Source of the DNA: Octopus sinensis
Taxonomy: Eukaryota
Assembly: GCF_006345805.1 (NCBI RefSeq)
Contig: NW_021825504.1
Location: forward strand, 1-15,500
Reading direction: 5' to 3'
Length of the DNA: 15,500 nucleotides
Positions 1 through 8,143 of the stretch are shown piece by piece. The notes under the pieces are model-generated. The model was not told the DNA's origin, did not search any database, and worked only from the letters and a program-made list of their open reading frames with translations. Position 1 is the first letter of the stretch; every line of letters begins with the position of its first letter. The position numbers and the translations under genes are program-made.

Positions 1-136
1 CCCTTTACAACCACCTCGTTTCGGGTTCAGGCCCTCAGCGTGGCATCTTCGACAGGTCTACTTTTCTATATCCTTGGGCAGACCAATTTCTTGTGAGTGA
101 ATTTAATGCATACAAACTGAAGTCCGTCGTATACCT

Positions 137-212
<76 letters not shown>

Positions 213-398
213 TTGCCCCCGCACCACTTGAGAACAGGTGTTGGTTTGTTTCTGTACTTGTAACTTAACTGCTAGGCAAAAGAGACCATACCAGACTTCA
301 AAAAAAAATTGTATTAGGGTCGATTAATTCGACTAAGCCCCTCAAGGCGGTGCCCCAGCATGGCCACAGTCTAATGATTGAAGCAAGTGAGAATATAA
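1..398 (+). mobile_element. tRNA-derived SINE, family A, copy 1 (5' end cut by the window edge), with an internal (GT)n
   Basis: B-box-like GGGTTCAGGCCC at 23-34. Body and tail (..CCTCAAGGCGGTGCCCCAGCATGGCCACAGTCTAATGATTGAAGCAAGT) are colinear with the copy at 7686-8033. Resembles octopus tRNA-derived SINEs (recalled, not searched). Confidence 0.85.
139..212. repeat. (GT)n microsatellite inside the SINE
   Basis: Near-perfect GT dinucleotide run with one GC interruption. Confidence 0.97.
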
Positions 399-679
399 TC
401 AATAAATTATAATTCATCCGAACTCTGTTTTATAGGTTTAATTAATTAATCTACGTTTCAGATTCTGAACAGAATTTTACTTATGGTCCTTAAGTGTGAC
501 GTATGATTCGCGTGTAACACGTATTCTAATTCCGTATCGAGCTAAATTTTATGAGTTCCGTGTAGTTTCCTTGTAAGTTTGAGCAGAGGTCTTTCTAAAA
601 CTTTTAGTCATACGTTTATTACAACTTCTATTCTCTACCTCATAATAGCTTTTAGATTAATCAGAGATTTAAAAAGTGT

Positions 680-871
680 TTATATATATATATATATATT
701 ATATATATATATTATATATATATATATATATATACGCAGATATATAAGACACATATATACACATATATATATAGATATATACCTATATATGCACACACTT
801 ATACATATATATATACGTATATATATACATGTATTCATACATATATATATATATATATACATATATATGTA

Positions 872-931
<60 letters not shown>
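680..931. repeat. Compound (TA)n/(TACA)-rich tract followed by (AG)n at 903-930
   Basis: Direct reading of the sequence. Confidence 0.95.
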
Positions 932-933
<2 letters not shown>

Positions 934-1041
934 TATATATCAATATATATACATGCAATACATGTATACACACAAACGCATAACGCACGCTTGAACTTGA
1001 ACACGTAGACAGCTTTCCTCTTCACTGCCGTTGGCGCCATG

Positions 1042-1065
1042 ACCACCACCACCACCACCACCACC
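1042..1065. repeat. (ACC)8 trinucleotide repeat
   Basis: Perfect 24-bp run. Confidence 0.95.
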
Positions 1066-1510
1066 GCCTACAACCGACCTATTTAGCGATATAGATTGAT
1101 TGCAATAGAGTTTTATCGATCGACTGACTGTATTGATCGTGAAGTACCAGGAAATCTTTCGACGGCGGTTTCGATCCCATGGGACGTCTGCATTGTTTCA
1201 TCTCGTTAACATTATCAATAACTACATTTAGAAGGTTAGAGACGCAAACATAGCATGTTTCTCGAACGCACACAGTTTCTCTTCTCCTCTGTGTATGCGA
1301 ACAAGTGTAGATAGGATTGTGTGTTGGCGTGTGTTTGTGTTATTTGCATGCGTGTCATTGCATTTGTAATGTGAATGCGTGTGCCTACAGCATCCGTGTG
1401 TATGCGTATGTATGTATATGCCATATATTTGATGGGCTGTGTCACAATGTTAATACAGGTGCGTTTACATGTATAATAATGTATGTACGTATAGTATGTA
1501 TATGTGTATG

Positions 1511-1564
<54 letters not shown>

Positions 1565-1619
1565 GCACATGTACACGTATATATACGCATATATATCTAT
1601 GAATATATGTGAATGAATA

Positions 1620-1637
1620 TATCTATCTATCTATCTA

Positions 1638-1677
<40 letters not shown>

Positions 1678-1696
1678 CGCGCGCGCGCACACACAC
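1620..1696. repeat. Compound microsatellite (TATC)n-(TC)n-(TA)n-(CG)n-(CA)n
   Basis: Five abutting motifs read directly. Confidence 0.95.
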
Positions 1697-1782
1697 CTGT
1701 GAGTGTATGTGTGCATGTGTGTGGATCCGTGTCCTTGAGTGTGTATGTACACATGTCAACACAGTTTGTGACACCGAACGAA

Positions 1783-1846
1783 GAGAGAAAGAGAGAATAA
1801 AAGACAGGGAAAGAGAGAGAGGGAGGGAGAGAAGGAGAGAGAGAGG

Positions 1847-1887
<41 letters not shown>

Positions 1888-1900
1888 AGAGAGAGAGAGA
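1783..1900. repeat. Imperfect (GA)n polypurine tract
   Basis: Direct reading of the sequence. Confidence 0.9.
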
Positions 1901-2058
1901 TGTAGAGGTGAAATGTGAATGGACAGAAAATGAGAAGGGAAAAACAAAAGCAAGGAACGCACATGCAGCACACACGCACAAATGCACAAATGCACACGCA
2001 CATACACACATGCTTAGACACACGCATGGACCGCACACATCGCCAAACAACCATGAAG

Positions 2059-2082
2059 CAACAACAACAACAACAACAACAA
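2059..2082. repeat. (CAA)8 trinucleotide repeat
   Basis: Perfect 24-bp run. Confidence 0.95.
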
Positions 2083-2292
2083 CACTTTACGAAGAATTAA
2101 TTTAATGTTCGCCGCGTCTATCAATAATCGCTCTTTAAGCGTTTGATGTGTTTTATTTATAAAAATGGAGGAAGGAGATTCGAGGTTTGGGGAGAGACTG
2201 AAGTGTTTTAAGGGGTTGTGGAGGTTGGCTGATGAGAAGGGATTTAAGGTGCTGGTTGATTGGTCGCCGTTGTCCTTGTTTTCGTTTAGGCC

Positions 2293-2553
2293 CAGGGGTC
2301 CTCAACCAGGGTCCGTATGACCCTTGGGGGTCTATATAGGATTTCATTCGCAATAAATATACTTGTTCAATACACGGAATATTTTAACAAATTTTCTTTT
2401 ACAATTCCTAATATTTAATTATAGAAATATGATGGGATTGTTTTGTTTTTTTAGGGTTTTTTTTCTGTTTGAAACATCGAATGGCTGTGAGGGTCCAGTA
2501 GAGAAAAGCAGAAATCAAAGGGATCTATAGGCAGACGTGTTAGAGAATCCCTG
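2293..2553. mobile_element. Non-autonomous hAT (Charlie-like) MITE, copy 1
   Basis: Imperfect TIRs CAGGGGTCCTCAACC / TTAGAGAATCCCTG. Flanks TTTAGGCC and GTTAGCCC match at 6/8, consistent with a decayed 8-bp TSD. Internal AT-rich core is shared with 4409-4670. No coding capacity. Confidence 0.8.
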
Positions 2554-2780
2554 GTTAGCCCTTAATCAGCCCGGCCCAAAAGGTTCTGTGGACAAAGGAA
2601 TTCGCGCCGAGACCAGCCCGATCCCTAGGGCCGTCCTTCTGCATCGCTCAAACTGGAAAATGGTTTTTAAGGATTTTGACTGTCATTTCTAGCGAGACAA
2701 AAAGACCACGTAGAGACATGCTAGCCTAATCAAGCAGATCTATGATTGAAAGCAATCCTACCATGACCGTCTCATCTTTT
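2554..2780 (+). mobile_element. Unclassified dispersed repeat family X: copy A (2554-2718) plus tandem partial copy B (2721-2780)
   Basis: Shares a 5' block (TTAGCCC..TCAG.CC...CAAAGG.ATTC..GCC..GACCA.CCC) and a 3' block (TTTTG.CTG..ATTTCTAGC....GACCA.GTAGAG) with 2975-3176 (+) and 12486-12690 (-). Confidence 0.65.
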
Positions 2781-2867
2781 TTTTTTCTTTTTAGTAAGTG
2801 CAAGGAATTCTTGACTGCAATTACACTGAGATCTTTTCTAAGAATGTAGAACGTAACTTGGGGGTGG

Positions 2868-2920
2868 GGTGAGGGTGGTTATGGGGATGGTGGTGAGGGT
2901 GGTTATGGGGATGGTGGTGA
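2868..2920. repeat. Perfect 24-bp tandem duplication GGTGAGGGTGGTTATGGGGATGGT (2.2 copies)
   Basis: Units at 2868-2891 and 2892-2915, plus a partial unit at 2916-2920. Confidence 0.92.
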
Positions 2921-2974
2921 TGGTAGCAGTGCTGGTTGTGTGGTTTTTGCTACCCTTGCCTATCCCAGCATTCT

Positions 2975-3176
2975 CCCTGGCCTACTCGGCCAGGTAACAC
3001 AAAGACACTCTAGCCGCGACCATCCCTTTCATTTCCTTAGTGTTACATGGTCTACTTTACTTAACATATACCTTTTCTTAATATTCCATTTTTTCTTTTT
3101 TCCGAATAACAAGGTGTACTTTCTGGGACACTTAGCTGCTATTTCTAGCAGATGGAGCGATCACATAGGAGCTCCT
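2975..3176 (+). mobile_element. Dispersed repeat family X, copy C
   Basis: CAAAGACACTCTAGCCGCGACCATCCC near 2999-3026 and GCTGCTATTTCTAGCA..GATCACATAG at 3135-3168 match the blocks in copies A and D. Confidence 0.6.
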
Positions 3177-3336
3177 TCGAGGGGGTTGGAGTGTTCAGGT
3201 GTTTGGTGAGGTTTACTGGTGACAGGGTTAATAGCGGTGAGGTGGAGAAACACGGTTGCGGGGGGTGGGGCGAGGTGGGCTGCGATGAAATGGAAGAAAG
3301 AAAAGAAACTGAAATGCTATAATTAGTGTGAGGGAT

Positions 3337-3356
3337 GTTGTTGTTGTTGCTGCTGC

Positions 3357-3390
<34 letters not shown>
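3337..3390. repeat. (GTT)n/(GCT)n trinucleotide repeat
   Basis: Direct reading of the sequence. Confidence 0.95.
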
Positions 3391-3713
3391 ACCGTGCCTA
3401 TAATTATGTGTGCCATACGTGTGTCGTTAATTCAAACTCGTGGTTGTCTCTATAATTAGCGACGTGAGGGTGGGAGCGGATGACGACGGCTGCGGTGGCG
3501 GCGGCGGAGGTGGTGGTGGTGGTAGGACGCGTTGTATACATATTAGATGGGTGTACATGTTTGACTCCAAAGATAATCATACGTTTGTGGTATGTAGAAG
3601 GTAGTTATAAGAAGTGGTACAAAGTGTGTGTGTGTGTGTGTGTGTCTTTGGGTGTTGAGTGCGTAGGGAATTTATGGGGCGTATACATGTGCGAGTAAAT
3701 ATTTGAGTGTGTG

Positions 3714-3776
<63 letters not shown>

Positions 3777-3790
3777 GGATAGATAGATAG
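3714..3790. repeat. (GATA)n tetranucleotide repeat
   Basis: Near-perfect run with one GGAT interruption. Confidence 0.97.
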
Positions 3791-4120
3791 TCGTCTTAAT
3801 ATGTGTGCAAGTGGGTATAAATGTAATTATGGGATGTGTGTGTGTGTGTCTCCCTGTTTGTAAATAAAAATAGTTTACACTTATATTTTTATATACACAT
3901 GTGAATTAGCATGAGTGTTTATTAGTGTATATATATGTGTGTGTGCATGTATGTGTAGCTATGTAATATGTATATATACGTGTGTGTGTGTGTGTAAGAT
4001 GTTATGAGAGCTGCAGTATCGCTGCAATATCGAAAGATGCATACTTTGTAATTGCTGGAAGGGTTTTATGCATTTCATATATGAACATGCTTCGAGGCAC
4101 ATGTGCACAGTGGCACAGGG

Positions 4121-4166
4121 GGAGGGAGAGAGAAGAAGAAGAAGAAGAAGAAGAGAGAGAGAGAGA
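4121..4166. repeat. (GAA)n/(GA)n polypurine repeat
   Basis: Direct reading of the sequence. Confidence 0.92.
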
Positions 4167-4199
4167 TCTTATTGACATAGCTCACTCTGACATTTTCTC

Positions 4200-4356
4200 T
4201 CGTGCCCCTAATGAAGCCGGTCGGCAAAAGAGTGTGATCAATAGAATAAATATCAGATTTCTAAAATATAACTGGAATCGATTTGATAACTAAAATTGTT
4301 TAAAGCAATGCTCCAGCATGACCGCAGTCCTCCGAAACACGAAAAAGAATAAAGAC
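4200..4356 (+). mobile_element. SINE family A, 3' fragment
   Basis: GGTCGGCAAAAGAG...AATAAATATCAG...AAAGCAATGCTCCAGCATGACCGCAGTC aligns with the 3' halves of copies 1-398 and 7686-8033. Confidence 0.75.
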
Positions 4357-4408
4357 CAGAGGAGAGCTTAACATATTTTGCTGGGGTCAGTGTTTTGTCA
4401 GTCTGGAG

Positions 4409-4670
4409 CAGTCTCCTCAACCGGGGTCCAGATAGCCTTTAGGGGTCCACAGAAGATTTTGTTGCTAAAGTTTATTTGTAATGAATTCTTTACATTTCTA
4501 CAAAACAGAAAATATTTTAATATTTTTTCTTTACACAATTCGTAATAATATTCAATTACAAAAATGTAGTAAGATTTTTTAAAGATCGAATGGTTATGGG
4601 GTGGGGGAGGACCTGTAGATTAAACAGAAACCGAAGAGGTCCAAAGGCAAAAAATGGTTGAGAATAACTG
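4409..4670. mobile_element. Non-autonomous hAT (Charlie-like) MITE, copy 2
   Basis: TIRs CAGTCTCCTCAACC / GGTTGAGAATAACTG. Flanks GTCTGGAG and CCCTAGAG match at 5/8 and fit the NTCTAGAN-type target of Charlie elements. Subterminal GGGGTCC motifs. Internal sequence is homologous to 2293-2553. Confidence 0.85.
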
Positions 4671-4686
4671 CCCTAGAGTTTCATAT

Positions 4687-4745
4687 GCGTCTTCATTGAG
4701 TTATAAGGCAAGCTATGACTGATGAGCTGTGAGTAAGCGAAACGC
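4687..4745 (+). ncRNA. Candidate type III hammerhead ribozyme
   Basis: Core CUGAUGA at 4719-4725. Stem II GCU/AGC (4726-28/4736-38) with a GUGAGUA loop. GAAA at 4739-42. Stem III GCGU/ACGC (4687-90/4742-45). GUC cleavage triplet ending at C4691. Stem I UCAU-[UG bulge]-AGUU / AGCU-AUGA. One extra U (4692) is non-canonical. Confidence 0.5.
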
Positions 4746-4764
4746 CACAGTAGCAAGAGACTGA

Positions 4765-5517
4765 CTTGAGCAAAATATGTTATAAATCACTGCTATGGTA
4801 TTCAGTACTACAGATGACGTTTCTGCCTCGAGGATTCCATTGATTGACTTTTTTGATTCTGATCGATGATCAATAATCCCAGTTATAAACTTTTGAAAGA
4901 ATATTTTGTTTTCTTTCAAGGAATTCGAGGGGTTTCAGCACAACAGTTAACCCATTTCAATCCTGTACTCATCTGTACTCAATTGTTTTGGCCCCCAGCG
5001 GGCAAAACCTTTGGAATAAGCAAATGACTTGTACTACCACGGCTGGTGACAGCAATGGTTATGCGCCTCTCAGCTCTAATTAAAATCACCTGCTGTTTAC
5101 TTTCTTGGCAGGGTTGGCAGACGTTGACAGGGGGTCACTAAGAGGCATAACTGCTTAGCTTGAATTTCTCGATTCCTTTTTAGCCTGATGAATCCTCATT
5201 CAGATGGCGGCTCCATCGACACATATTACTATAGTCTAAAGCTTTATCTTAGTAAACGTTTTTCAGTCTTTTGTTGACGTTTACAGGTGTCTCTCCACAA
5301 GGAACTCCATTACTGTTCTTTGCTTCCAACGAGTCAACCATTTTCATATCAGCTCATTTATTCATACATCTACAAAATCAGAAAACAAAAGAAAAAACTA
5401 CACAATTAAAGATCAGGAGTATATATACTTTTACATCAGTACCAAACATCGAATGACTTCAGTGAAGAATGCGCCTGTTGTGATAAAAATTGCATTAGTT
5501 TTTGACTCTCATACGTA
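4765..5517 (-). pseudogene. Decayed mariner (Tc1/mariner) transposase, 5' portion with putative left TIR
   Basis: Minus-strand translation across frameshifts gives KQRTVMEFLV (5325-5296) / GETPVNVNKRLKNVY*DKALDYSNMCRW (N-terminal HTH), then LIRAERRITI, YSKGFARWGPKQL (WVPHEL-equivalent, ~5003-4980), FFQKFITG..HRSESKK / QSME (DETW missing). A mariner-like terminus TACGTATGAGAGTCAAAAACTAATGC begins at TA 5517-5516. The right TIR was not found. Confidence 0.85.
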
Positions 5518-5830
5518 CGAGTTCTTGCAGCTTGATTGGAACAATAAAGTTGGTAAAGTTATCATCGATGTGCCTGATCTTTCATAGTCGCATCTTCTTG
5601 GTGTTTCCATTCTGGTAGCAGACAGGACCAGAATGGAACTCGTAAGCATCGCTGCCAGAATTGTAGTGTTTGAAGTGGATTTTGAAGACAATCAATATAT
5701 TCAGTTTTTGCTGCAAATGCCTGCTGAGACCAGAAATTCACTAAACATTTACAACAGTTACATAAATTGACCAACGTAACAGAGATGTTGCGGAGCATCT
5801 TCAGCCAATTACATGTACCATGGCCTAAGA

Positions 5831-6138
5831 TCGAGGGTCAACTGGGTTCCATGTGAACCCCGGGGTCCACGCTAGCAAAATAGTAAATTGGGGATCCACA
5901 GTGTTATTTTAAGGGTCCACGAAAAGTTTTGATTTAAATCTATTGCAAGAATCAGCTGGGTTTCTTTCCCTAACATTTGACACAGTTTAACGCATTCAAG
6001 TGAATGAGCGAATAACAAAATAAGAATTTTGAAAGAAGTAATTATAAAATTAGGTTTTAAGCCTCTTATCGGTATAAAATACCGATAAAATTGTAAACAA
6101 AGGGGTCCCTAAGTAAAAAAAATGGTTGAGAAGCATTG
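5831..6138. mobile_element. Non-autonomous hAT (Charlie-like) MITE, copy 3 (divergent subfamily)
   Basis: Right TIR GGTTGAGAAGCATTG and degraded left end ..GGTCAACTGGG. Repeated GGGGTCC/GGGTCCAC subterminal motifs. Flanks GCCTAAGA and AGCTAAGG match at 5/8. Confidence 0.7.
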
Positions 6139-6439
6139 AGCTAAGGCTTGTGAGTGAAATCACCTGATGGATTGTACTCGATATTCAAACGTCCAGCCTC
6201 CTCATATATTCTGCTGCAGAATTATGTTGCTTGTGCACATTGCTACGAAATACTCAGCCACGTCAAGGCTCATCGTCGTCAACGACGGAATTCCAATAAG
6301 TTTATTATTTTTTATATATGCAAACGTGTGTGTATATAAGTTTATACATATCTAAATATACTCTCGTACGCTTACATCTCAAGGTAGCAGTCATACCTCT
6401 TTTTGCTGTTCAAAAAGGCGTCTCTGTTATGTGTATGCA

Positions 6440-6535
6440 TTGGTCTGTTTGTGTATCTGTATGTGTGTGTATATATGTATATGTGTGTGTGTGTGTATGT
6501 ATATATATATAATACACACACACACACACACAAAT
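6440..6535. repeat. (GT)/(TA)/(CA) compound microsatellite
   Basis: Direct reading of the sequence. Confidence 0.9.
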
Positions 6536-7149
6536 AATTAAAAAAAACATACGCAGTCATGTATGTGTGTATGAGTATTTGCCTGGCTGCTTGCCTTCCG
6601 CTCTGCTCCGACTGTGTGTGTATATATATGTGTGTGTTTATAAGTGGCAAGTGTTTATTTATTCATGAGTGTGTATTTGCCAACGTTTGTGCTCCGGTGT
6701 TTATGCTACAACAATTGAGAATATAAATATACTTCTTGGCGAGTAAGCATATCACATGTGAGCGTGTGTGTGTATGTATGTGTACACGTATACACACATA
6801 CAAACTCACACACACACAGATATATAAATATAAGAAAGAGAGACAGACAGAAGTGGAAAGATGTCCCAGTGAGTATATATAACTGTGAATATATGTATAA
6901 ATGTGGCGATTATTTATTATTTTGGTCCTAATTGCTGTCAGTGCCACCAGGGTTAGAGTATTTCTTAAGGGACAGTTCTACACCTCGTAACAGCAACAAC
7001 AGCATACACACACACACACACACATGTATATGGGTATGTACTAGCAGAGATAAACGTGTTGAGTGTATGTGAGTGGGTATGGAGGCTGGGAGGGAGAAGG
7101 AGAGAGTGAAACAGAGAATTTGTTACTATATTCAAAGAATGTGAATACA

Positions 7150-7377
7150 GACACACGCACATATACATACACACACACACACACACACACAACACACACA
7201 CACACATATATATATATACATACATATACATACATATATATAATGCAAGCAAATCCGACTCGGAATTACCTGCAGTTTTATACCAATCACAAGACCTTTT
7301 ATTAGCCAGGTGTATTTGTATCTCCACAAAGCTTAAGTAGTAATTTACCCGGATTCCTAAACCCTTTTTATTCTGAT

Positions 7378-7418
<41 letters not shown>

Positions 7419-7545
7419 ACAACATATATATATATATATATATATCTATATATATATATATATATACAAACAAATATATATATGCATGTATATGTATATA
7501 TATTCCTATACATACATATAGCTACATGTATACTCACACACATAT
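7150..7545. repeat. Two (CA)n/(TA)n compound tracts (7150-7240 and 7380-7545) flanking ~140 bp of unique sequence
   Basis: Direct reading of the sequence. Confidence 0.9.
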
Positions 7546-7685
7546 ATATCATTAGGCAATGAGCACAAATGAAACGCACGTGACCTGCCGTCTCCTCCGG
7601 ACCAGCGAAGCGGAGTTCGTGCGGAGTCGAAATCTGCTTAAGATATATGTAACTTCTACCAAATGTGTTGAGTTCTACTTCTTTT

Positions 7686-8033
7686 GAGGCACACGTGTGG
7701 CTTTTCGGTAAGAAATTTGCTTCCCAAACACATGGCTCCGGGTTCAGTCCCACCGCATGGCAAGTATCTTCTATTATATAGTCTTGGGGCCGACCAAAGC
7801 CTTGTGAATAGATTTGATAGACGTGTATTTGTGTTTCTTCCCCGCCATCACTTGACAACCGATATTGGTGTGTTCGTGCTTGCGCAAACTAGCGGCTCAG
7901 CTAAAGAAACCGATAAAATAAATACTAGGCTTAACAATAAAAAGTCCGGGGATCGATTAGTTCGGCTAAAAAATTTTCAATGCGATGCTCCACCCCATTC
8001 CCCAGTCTAATGACTAAATCGAATAAAAGATAA
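7686..8033 (+). mobile_element. tRNA-derived SINE, family A, near-full-length copy 2
   Basis: Head GAGGCACACGTGTGGCTTTTCGGTAAG (A-box-like) and GGTTCAGTCCC at 7741-7751 (B-box-like). Body GGGCCGACCAAAGCCTTGTGA...TGACAACCGATATTGGTGTGTT...CAGTCTAATGACTAAA, with an A-rich tail. Confidence 0.88.
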
Positions 8034-8103
8034 TACTACATACATATATATAATAATACATATGTATATAATATATATATATTATATATTATATATATTA
8101 CAC

Positions 8104-8143
<40 letters not shown>

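Noticed and set aside
579-2105. Long ORFs rich in YI/CV/RE/LS/HT dipeptides (also the ORFs at 6965-7858, 9492-10202 and 13033-14002)
   Set aside because: They are translations of dinucleotide microsatellites, which lack stop codons. They show no domain-like content.
5288-5587. Stop-free + frame beginning after a good-looking acceptor (TTTTGTTGACGTTTACAG|G at 5286/5287)
   Set aside because: It is antisense to the mariner remnant and crosses its terminus. The translation resembles no protein I recognise, so it is best explained as coincidence.
6164-6193. CTGATGG...CAAACGTC hammerhead-like string
   Set aside because: Two core substitutions (A9, G12), no convincing stem II and no stem I.
6154-6339. 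ORF with CAHC...H...H resembling a zinc finger
   Set aside because: The spacing (C-x2-C-x5-H-x3-H) fits neither C2H2 nor BED fingers, and there is no supporting exon structure.
7270-7372. Minus-strand donor CAG|GTAATT with an upstream open frame
   Set aside because: No credible polypyrimidine tract or acceptor, and no recognisable peptide.
7686-7760. tRNA-like A/B boxes (also at 11580 and 12440)
   Set aside because: No cloverleaf forms, and the sequence continues into SINE body, so these are SINE heads and not tRNA genes.
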